Below, in pieces: positions 49,016 to 60,825 of a DNA stretch of 64,000 nt. Numbering within the stretch: the first letter of the stretch is position 1; the number at the start of each line of letters is the position of its first letter. A program made the translations under genes and the position numbers. Source of the stretch: Candidatus Bathyarchaeota archaeon (GTDB lineage Archaea; Thermoproteota; Bathyarchaeia; Bathyarchaeales; Bathycorpusculaceae); contig CAWHDT010000003.1 in assembly GCA_963828195.1 (NCBI GenBank), positions 256,001 through 320,000 of the forward strand, in the 5' to 3' direction. The notes under the pieces are model-generated. The model saw only the letters and a program-made list of their open reading frames with translations, made no database searches and was not told where the DNA came from.

Positions 49016-49127
49016 AAAAAATCACAAATAAAATCCTCTCAAAAACACATTTAACGTTTCGGCTTTATCTGGAAGTTCAACCGAAGAATTTTGCGGAAGC
49101 ATCTGATTCAATTTACAGTTTTGTTTT

Positions 49128-50357
49128 TTAAAGTTGTGCGAATATTCTGAGGTAGTCTTTTAAGTCGTTGATTATTAAAAAGTTGCTTTTCACGTGTTCC
49201 TTCCCGCTAATTCCCATTTGTGTGGCTTCTTCTTTGTGGTTTAAAAGGTAAAGGGTTTTTTCGGCTGCTTCTTCGACGCTTTCTACAAGATAACCATTTG
49301 ATCCATTGATGACTTGAAGTGGGATTCCACCAACGTTTCTTCCAATCACTGGTATGCCTTTCCAGAGAGCTTCGGTTACGCTTAGACCAAACCCTTCACG
49401 CGTTGACATTTGAAGGATAACTTGTGAAGCCCTTTGAAACGCGTTAACCTCAAGGTCTCTCACGCCTTTAAAATCTGTTAAGAAATGGATGTCACCGTCA
49501 TCATCTGCGTGCCGGGCGGTCTTCTCAAAATAAATCCATCCTTCAGGGTCATCAGTCGCCATGCCCGCTATGAGAAGCAATTGGACCTGAGGAACTTCTT
49601 TCTTTACAAGTCTGTAGACGTCGATTACGCCTAATGGATCCTTCCAAGGATCAAAACGCCCGACTTGCGTGATGATTGGTTTTTCAGGATTTACTCCATA
49701 TTTTTTCAAAACCTCAGAAATCTCGTCTGCCGAAATTTCCTTGTTTTTGTCGCTTAAAGGGTCGATTGATGGTGGTCTTATGAATATTTTCGGACCGTTG
49801 AGGCTCGGCATTACATATTTTTGAGAAGTGAAAACTGCGGCGTCGTATCGACTTACATAGGGCTCAAGAAAATTCCAAACGGCAAGATTGGGCGTGGATA
49901 AGTCTATGTGGCATCGCCATATCCACCTGTCGTTCTTTGCGGGAAGAAACTGAATCATGGCGGCGGGTTGATTATCGTGAATGATGACAAAATCAGTGTT
50001 TAAAATTGTCGATTCACTGTTCATCCTATTATACTCCAAGTAAGTTCGCACATCCTCGTCTGAGAGATCCAAACTCATTCCTTGAAGAGCATTATGTATT
50101 TTTTTAGTTACATTGAAGAAATCTACCGAGCCCTTGATAACTTCCCAATGAACATCTAGCCCTACATCCTTCATTATCGGCACCAAATTCTCAAGCAACT
50201 CTGCTACCCCCCCTCCGAAAGATGTAGAATTGACGTGAGTGACCGATTTGCCTTTTAATTGCTCGGCTAAAGCTTTAACCGAATCGACTTCTTCCTGTCC
50301 AACGATCGGAACGTAATCGTCAATTTTGATTTTTCTCAACTGCTCCACCCGCAACAT
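49128..50357 (-). CDS. treT: Trehalose synthase, glycosyl-transferring (GT4)
   Basis: HVNSTSFGGGVAE, IHDNQP, WIWRCHID, RFDPWKDP, DDPEG, EGFGLSVTEALWK. Confidence 0.92.
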   Translation of the reverse strand: MLRVEQLRKIKIDDYVPIVGQEEVDSVKALAEQLKGKSVTHVNSTSFGGGVAELLENLVPIMKDVGLDVHWEVIKGSVDFFNVTKKIHNALQGMSLDLSDEDVRTYLEYNRMNSESTILNTDFVIIHDNQPAAMIQFLPAKNDRWIWRCHIDLSTPNLAVWNFLEPYVSRYDAAVFTSQKYVMPSLNGPKIFIRPPSIDPLSDKNKEISADEISEVLKKYGVNPEKPIITQVGRFDPWKDPLGVIDVYRLVKKEVPQVQLLLIAGMATDDPEGWIYFEKTARHADDDGDIHFLTDFKGVRDLEVNAFQRASQVILQMSTREGFGLSVTEALWKGIPVIGRNVGGIPLQVINGSNGYLVESVEEAAEKTLYLLNHKEEATQMGISGKEHVKSNFLIINDLKDYLRIFAQL

Positions 50358-50570
50358 AAAATCACCTTCAAAAATGGCTCGACAAACTAATGCGACAAAT
50401 TAATATTCGTGCCAGAGAATAATAATGTTTGTCCAGCTTTTAGAATCAGCGACCGAAAAATCATTATTTGTTTCAAACTAAGTTTAATTGATTAGCTTCT
50501 CATGCATTGCTTCGGCTTAAGTTGAACGGCGATGATGCAGGCAGGATTATTAAGCAATTTGTGAACGAAA

Positions 50571-52400
50571 ATGAGAATTGGAGCAAGTTATTCTAAAGAT
50601 AGTAGCGAATTTGTAGTTTGGGCTCCGGATCAAAATGATGTCTCGCTGGTTTTGCCTCAACGAAATCGAATTCAAAAAATGGAGCGATTAGACGATGGCT
50701 ATTGGCGATTAGAGGCTGAGGGAATAAAACCTGGCACCCTTTATCGGTTTCGTCTTAATGATAAAATAGACCGGCCTGACCCAGCTTCTCATTTTCAACC
50801 CGAAGGCGTTTTTGGTCCATCAGCTGTAGTGGATCATTCTTCTTTCGCTTGGAAAGACCACGAGTGGAAAGGAGTAAACTTGAGAGACATGATTATGTAT
50901 GAATTGCATGTTGGAACGTTCAGTCGGGAAGGCACTTTTGATGGGGCAAAGAGCAAAGCTTTGGAGCTCTCGCGAATAGGAATTAACGCGGTTGAGCTTA
51001 TGCCGGTTTCGCAATTCTCGGGTGCAAGAAACTGGGGTTACGACGCGGTTTTTCCTTTCGCAGTGCAAAACACTTACGGTGGACCGGATGAGTTAAAAAA
51101 GTTGGTTGAAGAGTTCCATGCCAATGGAATCGCCGTGATTCTTGACGTTATCTATAATCATCTGGGTCCAGAAGGCAATTTTCTGAAGGATTATGGACCG
51201 TATTTTCTTTTCAACCGTAAGACTCCGTGGGGCGCAGCAATAAACTTTGACGGCGACTTTAGCGGTCATGTGAGAAATTTTTTTCTTGAAAACGCTCTTT
51301 CCTGGTTCAAAAACTATCACGTTGACGGTTTAAGGTTAGATGCTGTTTTTACGATAATTGATAGTAGCCCCAAACATTTTTTGAAAGAGTTATCGGAAAC
51401 TATCGAAATTTTTTCGAAAACAGTTCCCAGAAAACTTTTTCTTATTGCGGAAAATGACCGGGTTGACCCTAAAATAATACAATCCAGAAAAACAGGAGGA
51501 TATGGGCTGGATGCACTTTGGCACGACAACTTGCATCATTCACTGCATGCGCTTTTGACGGGAGAACGAAACTGGTATTACTCCTCATTCGGATCCTTAG
51601 GGAAAGTCGTGCAAGCTTTAGATCAAAGTATTACTGATCAAACATTAACTTCAAGTAAAGGAACTTCGGGAAATTCAGCGACAAACATTAAACCAAGCAA
51701 ACTTGTAGTTTTCTCCCAAAATCACGACCAAGTCGGAAACAGACCCTTAGGCGAACGGCTAATAACAATTGCGGGTCTTGAAGCAGCAAAACTTGCAGCG
51801 GGAATCATTATACTGTCTCCATTCACTCCACTACTGTTTATGGGGGAAGAGCACGGGGAAAACGCGCCTTTTCTATTCTTCACAGACTACACAGATGAAG
51901 CTTTGAGAAAAAAAGTTCAGCTGGGAAGAAAATTAGAGCTTAAGAAAAACGGCTGGAAAAATCAGCCGCCAGACCCTCAAAACGCTGAAACATTTTTGCG
52001 TTCAAAGGTAGATTGGCAGCAAAGGTCTGCTGAAAACGGGTGTAGAATCTTGGATTATTATAGGAAACTCGTGAGTCTCAGAAAAGTCCTCTGCAACAGC
52101 AACTTTGATAAGCGCCAGGTCACAAAGTTTTTTGTGTTCGAGGATCAGTCGCTTTTGATAATTCAAAAACGTTTCTCAGGCTCTTTTATGGTTACTGTTG
52201 CCAATTTTGGCAAACTAAAAGGTAGTTATCAGTTCCCCTGCAACGGAAAAACCTGCCTGAAAGTGCTGGATTCTGCAGATAAGGTTTGGGGTGGTCCTGG
52301 ATCTGCCCTGCCAGGCACAGCAAAACTCGGAGATCGACTTGATATCAGTCCGTTGAGCATGGCAGTTTATTTAAATTTAAAAGGCGAAAAAAATGACTGA
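50571..52400 (+). CDS. treZ: Malto-oligosyltrehalose trehalohydrolase (GH13)
   Basis: VWAP, PDPAS.FQPEGV.GPS, RNWGYD, DVIYNHLGPEGN, GLRLDAV, QNHDQVGNR, FMGEE. Confidence 0.95.
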   Translation: MRIGASYSKDSSEFVVWAPDQNDVSLVLPQRNRIQKMERLDDGYWRLEAEGIKPGTLYRFRLNDKIDRPDPASHFQPEGVFGPSAVVDHSSFAWKDHEWKGVNLRDMIMYELHVGTFSREGTFDGAKSKALELSRIGINAVELMPVSQFSGARNWGYDAVFPFAVQNTYGGPDELKKLVEEFHANGIAVILDVIYNHLGPEGNFLKDYGPYFLFNRKTPWGAAINFDGDFSGHVRNFFLENALSWFKNYHVDGLRLDAVFTIIDSSPKHFLKELSETIEIFSKTVPRKLFLIAENDRVDPKIIQSRKTGGYGLDALWHDNLHHSLHALLTGERNWYYSSFGSLGKVVQALDQSITDQTLTSSKGTSGNSATNIKPSKLVVFSQNHDQVGNRPLGERLITIAGLEAAKLAAGIIILSPFTPLLFMGEEHGENAPFLFFTDYTDEALRKKVQLGRKLELKKNGWKNQPPDPQNAETFLRSKVDWQQRSAENGCRILDYYRKLVSLRKVLCNSNFDKRQVTKFFVFEDQSLLIIQKRFSGSFMVTVANFGKLKGSYQFPCNGKTCLKVLDSADKVWGGPGSALPGTAKLGDRLDISPLSMAVYLNLKGEKND

Positions 52401-54830
52401 AAAATATATTTGCATACACGGACATTTTTATCAGCCTCCACGGGAAAACCCATGGCTTGAAGAAGTCGAGTTTGAAGAGTCTGCTCAGCCATACCATGAT
52501 TGGAACGCTAGGATAACAGCTGAATGCTATGCCCCTAATTCTGTTGCTCGAATAATGGATTCTCAGTGGCGCATAATCGGCAAGGTCAACAACTATTCAA
52601 AAATAAGCTTCAACTTCGGCCCACGCTTCTCTACTGGATTGCAAGTCATGAACCTAAGCTTTACGAGTCAATACTTGAATCTGACAAAGAAAGTGCTAAA
52701 AGCTATTCAGGACACGGTTCCGCGATTGCTCAGGTCTACAATCACATGATTATGCCGCTTGCGAACAAGAGAGACAAAGAGACGCAGGTCAAGTGGGGAA
52801 TAAGAGACTTTGAAACCCGATTTGGAAGGTACCCCGAAGGCATGTGGCTTCCCGAGACAGCCGTTGACATCGAAACCCTTGAAGCCTTAGCAGAAAACAA
52901 CATCAAATTCACCTTACTTGCCCCTCATCAGGCTCTTAGAACCCGCAAAATAGGCGAAAAAGATTGGACAGATGTGAGCGGAGCAAAAATTGATCCTAGA
53001 AGAGCTTATGTTTGCAAGTTGCCTTCGGGAAAAACCGTAAACCTGTTTTTCTTTGACAAACTAATAGCTTCGGGAACAGCTTTTGGAGAGTTGCTGTCAA
53101 GCGGCGAGGTCTTCGACAGCAAACTAATGGAGGGCTTCAAAGGCTCAGAAGAAATGGCAGATGCACTGGTGAACTTGGCTACTGATGGCGAAACCTACGG
53201 GCATCATCACCTTCACGGCGACATGACATTAGCCTACTGCCTCTACATCATAGAAACAAAGAAACAAGCAAAACTAGCAAACTACAGCGAATTCTTGGCG
53301 CAGCATCCCCCGGAATTTGAAGTAGAAATCCAAGAAAACACCTCATGGAGTTGTTCACACGGCATCGAAAGGTGGCGAAGCGACTGCGGCGACAAGACGG
53401 GCAGAGAAGATTGGAAGCAGGCATGGCGGAAACCGCTGCGGGAAGCCATGGATTGGTTGCGAGATGAACTTGCGCCAAAGTTCGAATCTGAAGCAGCCAA
53501 ATATCTTAAGGATCCTTGGAATGCAAGGAACAGCTACGTAAACGTCGTTCTTGACAGGTCAAGAGAAAACGTTGAGCGGTTTCTAGCTGAAGTAAGAAGC
53601 AGGGAACTCGGTGAAGATGAAAAGCGAAAGGTACTGAAGCTTCTTGAAATGCAGAGGCAAGCAATGCTGATGTTTACAAGTTGCGGCTGGTTCTTTGACG
53701 AAATTTCTGGAATCGAATCTGTGCAGGTCATGTTGTACGCGGCTAGAGTGATGCAGCTTGCTAAAGAAGTTCTGGGATTAGAACTTGAAAACAATTATAT
53801 CAAAATACTTGAAAATGCACCGAGCAATATTCCTGAATTTGGAAATGGAGCAAAAACCTACAACATCCTCGTTAAGCCAGAAGTCATCGATCTACAGAAA
53901 ATAAGCGCGCAAGGAATCATTCTTCAATTGTTCTCAAACGAAAAATCAGAGGCTTCCAAAGAAAAACAGCAGTATGGCTGCTGCTTCAACATAAATTATG
54001 AGGAACTGGAGAAACACGAAACTGGAAAATTCCGCCTTGTGTTCAGCCGCGCTGTTGTCCAATCGCAGATCACTTTGGATGAAGCGAAAATAGATTGCGC
54101 TGCAGTATGGCTTGGAGACCACAACGTCTCCTGCGGAGTCAAAATGGATACAGATGAGGAAATATTTGAGAAAATCAAAGGAGAAATCTTGGAGCTATTC
54201 AATAAGGGCGAAATAAACGAGACTATACTGCTTATGCCGAAATATTTTGGAAATCAAACTTATTCACTTAAAGACCTCTTCAAAGACGATCAAGTTCGCA
54301 TTCTAGACATTATTCTTCAGGAAGCCGTTAAAAAAGCAACAGATCTAAACGAGATCGTCTACAAAGACAACTCCGCCTTAATCAGTTTTATGAGGGAAAT
54401 CAACCTTACCCCACCGAAACCTTTCCAATATGCCACAGAGATCGTTTTGAACGCTGAAGTAAGAAAAGCCATAGTAGCTAAAGATGTAAACGTTGAATCA
54501 TTAAACAAACTAGTTTCAGACGCCAAAAAGTTGCCTGGCGATTTCGAATGGAGCAGCATATCGTTGGATGCAAACAAAAAAATCGTTAATGAACTGCTGA
54601 AAATAAGAGATTCGCCGCCTGACACAAAAAAGCTTGAAGACGAAGCAAAACTTGTTGCAGCACTGATTCAAATGCCGATTAAACTTGAACTTTGGCAGGC
54701 GCAAAACATAGCTTTTGAAATCGCCCAAAAAATCTATAACCCGATGAAGGAGAAAAACGATGAGTTCTCTAAATCGTGGGTTTCAGCTTTTCAGCAACTG
54801 TGCAAATCGATCGGAATAAGGTTGGATTAA
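52393..54830 (+). pseudogene. GH57-family glycoside hydrolase with DUF3536 C-terminus; 1-nt deletion near 52621 (likely assembly error)
   Basis: HGHFYQPPRENPW in 52393..52749; SFNFGPTLL split as TTC GGC CC ACG; WLPETAVD, ATDGETYGHH, SWSCSHG.ERW, MFTSCGWFFDE in 52566..54830. Confidence 0.88.
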
Positions 54831-54833
54831 AAT

Positions 54834-57504
54834 CTGAAGCCAACATCAACCTACAGAGTTCAATTGAATAAACAGTTCGACTTCAACAAACTCAAAGCTA
54901 CTCTTCCCTATTTGTCTGAACTGGGCATATCGCACGTTTACGCTTCCCCAATTTTCACGGCTCGACCAGGAAGCACGCACGGCTATGACGCAACCGACAC
55001 CAACCAAATCAACGATGCACTGGGTGGATCCGGGGCTTTCGACGCTTTGCTTAGGGTGGCTGCCGACCTTGGACTTGAGTGGATTCAAGACATCGTTCCC
55101 AACCATATCGCTTACTGGCCGCAAAGCACCATGGTTTCAGACGTGATGAAGTTCGGCTCCAACTCTGCCTACCAGGGCTTCTTAGATGTTGATTGGAACC
55201 ATCCGTCTCCGAGGCTGCAGGGAAAAATTTTGGCTCCCTTCCTTGCGGAACCCTACGAAACATGCCTGCGGCAAAGGCAGATATGCCTAGCATATCATGA
55301 TGGCTTTCAAATAAGATATGGCGATCTTGAGTTTCCAGTCAGAATCAGTTCCTACCGAACGATTTTGTCCCAGTCAACCCATATTTTAGACCTTCCATTT
55401 CAAGACGAAAAAAACTTTGCTTCTAGCATCCAAAAGAATTACAGTTCAGATGAATTTTTGAGGTCTGAAATCGAAAAGGCTTTAAATCGTCACAACGGAG
55501 ACACTGATCTTCTTGACGCCTTGCTATCAGAGCAAGTTTATGCCCTTGCCTACTGGAAGACAGCCTTTGAAGAAATTAACTACCGCAGATTCTTCGACAT
55601 AATTGATTTAATTTGTCTGCGCATGGAAGAAAAAGACGCATTTGAAACCACTCACCAGCTGATACTGAAGCTTGTTTCCGAAGGAAAGGCAACGGGGCTC
55701 AGGGTTGACCACGTGGATGGTTTATTTGATCCAGAGCAATACCTCAAATGGCTAAGGGAAGCCGCGCCGCAAACATACATAATTGTTGAGAAGATTCTGT
55801 TCTGCGACGAAAAGCTGCCAGAGTCGTGGCCTGTGCAAGGGACCACCGGGTACGATTTTCTTAACGAACTAAACGGGCTTTTCGTAGAAAAAAAGAACAA
55901 AGCAACAATGAGCGCCGTCTACAGGGAATTTTCGGGAAACAAAAAATCATTCAGAGACCTCTTGATTGATTGCAAAAAGTCTGTAATCCGAAATTACTTC
56001 GGAGGCGACTTAGACAACTTAACTCGGCAGCTGCATCAAGTTCTCAAAAGTAGACCTTACGGCGAAAAATGCACTATGCAGAGCCTTCGCGAAGCTGTGA
56101 TTGAGATGCTTTCTGCTTTCTCCGTTTACAGAACATACATCAGCAACGACAATGTCGCTGACAAACAAAGGGCAGCTTTCAAATATTGTTTGCAGGCTGC
56201 AAAGAAACAAAACAGGAAAACCGCGTCAGACTTAGCGACAATCGAGACTTTGCTGGGTGACGCTACTTCGTCAGCGGATGCGTTGCAGTTTTTTATGCGG
56301 CTTCAACAATTCAGTGGCCCGATAATGGCTAAAGGGCTCGAAGGATACGGCGCTCTACATTTACACTCGCCTGCTGTCCCTCAATGAAGTCGGCGGCGAA
56401 CCTGAAAAATTCGGTGCGACCAAAAGCGATTTCGATTTCTTCCTGAAGCGTCGGCAGACAAGTTGGCACCTGTCTTTGAACGCCACCAGCACCCATGACA
56501 CGAAAAGAGGAGAAGACGCCCGGGCAAAAATAAACGTGTTAAGCGAGGTTCCCGCGGAATTTTACGCCGAAATTAAAAAATGGAGCAGGTTAAATCTCAG
56601 CAAAAAGAAAACGTTGGACGGCAACCTTGCGCCAAACGGAAACGAGGAATACTATATTTACCAAACCTTGCTTGGTTCTTTTCCCTTTGATCAAAATGAG
56701 TTGCCGGAGTTTACAGACAGGCTGACGATTCATGTAACGAAGGCTCTGCGAGAAGCCAAAGTGAACACCAACTGGGTCTCGCCTAACTTGCCGTATGAAG
56801 AAGCAGCAACTTCCTTCGTCAAGGCTCTTCTTGAGCAAAAAGAAACAAACGCCTTCTTGCAGGAGTTTACATCATTCCACAAAAAAATCGCTTTTTGCGG
56901 TTTCATCAATTCCCTCTCCCAAACATTAATCAAGATAACCAGCCCTGGAATCCCCGACTTCTATCAGGGCACGGAACTGTGGGACCTGAACCTTGTCGAC
57001 CCCGACAACCGGCGCCAAGTAGACTTTCAAAAGCGGCAAAGATACCTAGACGAGATAAAAAACTTGAAACCCAGCGGCGTTCAGGGGCTTCTAAGCAGTT
57101 TTGAAGATGGAAAAATAAAAATTTTTGAAATAACTAAGGCGCTGGAAGCTCGCAACAAAAACATTGACCTTTTCCAACAGGGAGACTACATTCCCTTAAG
57201 AGTTAAAGGCTCACTAAGTCGCCATATCATTGCGTTTTGCAGAAAAAAAGAAACAGCGTATGCCGTCGTCGTTGCGCCCCGTTTTCTGGTCAGCCTAACA
57301 GGGATGCAGCGTCTGCCTCTTGGCGATGTTTGGAAAGATACGTTGGTTTGTCTTCCAAAGGGGGCTTCTGTTCGGTGGAGAGAAATTTTCACGGAAGAAG
57401 CTGTCTTTTCAAAAAAGATCGGCAGTGATAAAGGCTTCTGCTTGTCGGAGTTGTTGCAGTGTTTCCCTGTTGCGCTGCTTTTATCAGAGGAGTCAGCCAC
57501 ATGA
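54834..57504 (+). pseudogene. treY: Malto-oligosyltrehalose synthase (GH13); 1-nt insertion near 56343 (likely assembly error)
   Basis: KPTSTYRVQ, GSTHGYD, DIVPNH, NYRRFFD, RVDHVDGL, GTTGYDF; MAKGLEDTALY...LNEVGG split by GAA G GAT; TSTHDTKRGED, PGIPDFYQG, LVDPDNRR. Confidence 0.92.
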
Positions 57505-59018
57505 AATTAACCCAAAGAGCAAGCGGGGTTCTCCTCCACGTAACTTCTCTGCCTTCAGATTTCGGCATCGGCGACTTGGGACCGTGGAGTTACCGTTTCG
57601 CAGATTTGCTTGCACGTGCCAACCAGCGTTACTGGAGCATCCTTCCCCTCACGCCGACAAGCGCCAGATATGGAAACTCCCCCTATCAAGCAGCCTCTGC
57701 ATTTGCAGGCAACACCTTGCTTTTAAGCCCAGAATTGCTCCAAAAAGACAGGCTGCTGACGGAAGAAAACGTCAAAGATCTAATGCTGCCGCCTGGGCCA
57801 GTGGATTTCAAAGCGGTAACAGCGAAAAAAAAGCTTATGGTAAAGAAAGCATACCGCAGCCTTACAAGAAACGGCAATAGAATGTTGAAACCTGGCAAAT
57901 GCGATTTTGAACAGTTCTGTTCAGATTGTGCAAACTGGCTTGACGACTATGCGCTTTACGTGGCAATTCAAGAGTCCACAAAAAAACCGTGGTACATGTG
58001 GCCGCCGCCTGAACGTGACAGAGAACCCCGCGCCGTCGCCAAAAGACAGATTGAGTTGAAAGAGTTTATTGAAGAGGAAAAGTTTGCGCAGTTCCTTTTT
58101 GCGAGGCAGTGGGATCTGCTGAAACAGTATTGCCGAGCCAAGCAGTTGTCTGTGATGGGCGATTTGCCTTTTTACATGAGCTATGACAGCGCAGATGTCT
58201 GGGCGCATCCAGAATTATTTAAGCTGGACGCCCAAAAACAGCCGATATTCGTAGGCGGTGTGCCCCCAGACTATTTCAGCGAAACAGGGCAGCTGTGGGG
58301 AAACCCAGTGTACAATTGGCGAGAAAATAAAAAGACCTGTTTCCAATGGTGGATGGATAGGCTGCGGTGCAATTTGAAGCTGTGCGATTATATGCGGCTG
58401 GACCATTTTCGGGGTTTCACGGCTTATTGGCAAATATCTGCATCGTCGAAAACGGCGAAAGTGGGCAAGTGGGTTAAGGCTCATTCAAAGAGTTTTTTTG
58501 ACGCCTTGAAAGGCTACTTTCCCAACTTGCCGTTTATAGCGGAGGATCTTGGGTTAATCACAAACAACGTAAGAAACAACCTGCAGCATCTTGGAATCCC
58601 TGGGATGCGAGTGCTGATTTTTGCTTTCGGCGGGTCAAAAGACAACCCCAACTTACCCTCAAATTACCCAGAAAACTCCGTAGTCTACACTGGAACACAC
58701 GACACCAACACGGCGAGGGGCTGGTTCACTGAGGAAGCAACCCCCAAAGAAAAAATGCAGCTTTTCAAGTGTCTGGGCAAAAAAGTTTCAGAGACACAGG
58801 TAAGCCGCGAATTCATAAAGTTAGCGCTAGAATCCAGGGCTGATCTAAATATAATTCCGCTGCAAGACGTTCTTGGTTTGAGTTCTGAAGCCCGAATGAA
58901 TCACCCTGCAGGGAAACTTCATAATTGGGAGTGGAGAGTAAAAAGTGAACAACTTTCAAGTGAAAACTTTGAGTGGCTTGCAGAATTGACAGCGTGTTCA
59001 GGCAGATGCAGTCTCTGA
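57501..59018 (+). CDS. malQ: 4-alpha-glucanotransferase (GH77)
   Basis: RASGVLLHVTSLP, GDLPFY, GVPPDYFSETGQLWGNP, RLDHFRG, AEDLG, YTGTHDTNT, RMNHP. Confidence 0.96.
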   Translation: MKLTQRASGVLLHVTSLPSDFGIGDLGPWSYRFADLLARANQRYWSILPLTPTSARYGNSPYQAASAFAGNTLLLSPELLQKDRLLTEENVKDLMLPPGPVDFKAVTAKKKLMVKKAYRSLTRNGNRMLKPGKCDFEQFCSDCANWLDDYALYVAIQESTKKPWYMWPPPERDREPRAVAKRQIELKEFIEEEKFAQFLFARQWDLLKQYCRAKQLSVMGDLPFYMSYDSADVWAHPELFKLDAQKQPIFVGGVPPDYFSETGQLWGNPVYNWRENKKTCFQWWMDRLRCNLKLCDYMRLDHFRGFTAYWQISASSKTAKVGKWVKAHSKSFFDALKGYFPNLPFIAEDLGLITNNVRNNLQHLGIPGMRVLIFAFGGSKDNPNLPSNYPENSVVYTGTHDTNTARGWFTEEATPKEKMQLFKCLGKKVSETQVSREFIKLALESRADLNIIPLQDVLGLSSEARMNHPAGKLHNWEWRVKSEQLSSENFEWLAELTACSGRCSL

Positions 59019-59157
59019 CTTTTTGGTACAAGACAAATCCAAGCGCTGCAGCTACCAATCCAACTGTTAAGAAAATGATTGCCGCTATGACATAAATTTG
59101 GCATAGAATGTGGGAATACTGTTTGGAAATTAATTTGTTAAGACCTTGAACTGTTAT

Positions 59158-60552
59158 TTAAGCCGATTGCATCTTTTTGATTGGCAAATTTACTGTAAAT
59201 GTTGATCCCTTGCCGGGAATACTGTTGACGTCAATGATTCCACCATGTGCTTCCACAAAGCGTTTGCATATTGGCAGACCCAAACCCATTCCTTTTGCCT
59301 TCGTTGTGAAAAGCGGGGTCCAAAGTTTCTTCAAAGTATCCTCGCTCATTCCCTCACCTGTATCTGCAAAACTGAAGACTACACTGTTCTCGATGTTTTC
59401 ACTTTTGATTGTTAATGTTCCGCCTTTGGGCATGGCTTCGATGGCGTTTTTGATCAAGTTAACGAAAACTCTGTTTATCTTGTCTTTATCTACAGCGAAC
59501 TTCGGATCTTTTTTGGTTGTGTTCACAACGATGATGTTTTCGGGAACTGCAAGCAAAGTCAAGGTCTCTACCAAAAGCGAGTTTGGATCGGTTTCGCTCA
59601 GATTCAGATTTATTTCCTTGGAGTATTCAAGAAGGTCGCTTATTATTTTGTTTGAATTATTCACCGACTTCTCGATTGTTGCGATCATTTCTTTTTCTTT
59701 TTCGGTTAAGTCGGTTTTCTTTTTAAGATAATAGACGGCGCCAGCTATGCTAGTGAGCGGGTTCCTTAAATCATGTCCCACCATTCCTGCTAATTGCCCA
59801 ATGGTAGCCATTCTCTCTGATTTTCGCAGCTCCAGGGTCTTTTCCTCGACTGTCTTTTCTAAATTTTTCGAATGCTTCTCAAGTTCCTGTTGAAGTTCGA
59901 TGTTTTTTGTTAAGTCTTGAAAGCTTTTTCGGCGGTAGATCTGTAGTTGCCATGACCCTGATAAAGCAAGGACGTAGGCTAGAATTAAACCGAGGAATAC
60001 TGTGAAAATGATGGTTATGGAAGAAGGCTGCAGAACCCATATTACAATTGCGGCTTCACCTACCGCCGCGATTGATGCTAAGAAAATTTGGTTTATAAAC
60101 CGATTAGGAGTAACCATGCATACGACAAATAAGGCAATAATGGTTATTATGACCTGCGCAACAAAATTCTGCGGTCTCGTCGCATTTATGATTCCGCTAC
60201 AAATTAAAACGATCAGAGTATAAGCAGAAATTGATCTGTCGTACTTCCTAAAACTTGCCGTTTTCTCTATTTGGATAAACACCACAATAGTATATAATAA
60301 AACACCCAACCTGATTGCTACAAGGCCGTAGAATTCCTGGGATAATCCAAAAAACTGGTAATCATTAAAGGCAAAAGCAATCAAAGGAACCGTAAACAGC
60401 AATATGGCTATTCTAGCTTGCTTTATGTCTTTGCGAAGGTGAAATTCTCTATATTTATCCTCTTGGTCACCGGTCAACTCAAGCTGCGGTCTGCCGAACA
60501 TGTCTTGGATTTTCCCCAGCCCAGTCATATGTTCCTGCGCAATATTAATCAA
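59158..60552 (-). CDS. Membrane-bound sensor histidine kinase (about 6 TM)
   Basis: AGMVGHDLRNPL H-box; NLIKNA, DTGEG, FTTKAKGMGLGL boxes. Confidence 0.93.
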   Translation of the reverse strand: MINIAQEHMTGLGKIQDMFGRPQLELTGDQEDKYREFHLRKDIKQARIAILLFTVPLIAFAFNDYQFFGLSQEFYGLVAIRLGVLLYTIVVFIQIEKTASFRKYDRSISAYTLIVLICSGIINATRPQNFVAQVIITIIALFVVCMVTPNRFINQIFLASIAAVGEAAIVIWVLQPSSITIIFTVFLGLILAYVLALSGSWQLQIYRRKSFQDLTKNIELQQELEKHSKNLEKTVEEKTLELRKSERMATIGQLAGMVGHDLRNPLTSIAGAVYYLKKKTDLTEKEKEMIATIEKSVNNSNKIISDLLEYSKEINLNLSETDPNSLLVETLTLLAVPENIIVVNTTKKDPKFAVDKDKINRVFVNLIKNAIEAMPKGGTLTIKSENIENSVVFSFADTGEGMSEDTLKKLWTPLFTTKAKGMGLGLPICKRFVEAHGGIIDVNSIPGKGSTFTVNLPIKKMQSA

Positions 60553-60825
60553 TTACGTTAAAAAAATGCTTTACCTACATTGAATGCATTAATATTTCCA
60601 TTAAAACCGCACAGAAGAAAAAGAAATCTATAAAATCTATATAGTTGTTGATTTATTTTTTCGCTGTCCTTTAAGGTTTTTCTAGGTTAAATCTGAGCAG
60701 AATATGGGGTGCTAAATTTTAGGGATTTTCTTTCCAAACTTGCGGTGTTAATCGGAACTTTTTCCGAAATCTTAAACAGAATCGTTCCTGACTTAACATT
60801 ACAAATCAGTTCGAGGCATATTAGA

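Noticed and set aside
50502-50539. Possible fluoride riboswitch or SECIS-like hairpin upstream of treZ (TGCATTGC...GGCGATGATGCA)
   Set aside because: GGCGATG is present but the pairing partner and downstream pseudoknot elements of the fluoride motif are missing, and the gene context does not fit
13846-54834. G-insertion RNA editing as a common explanation for four sites that are repaired by adding one G
   Set aside because: Other lesions need different fixes (C/A insertion, base removal, 2-nt changes); sequencing error or near-cognate starts are far simpler
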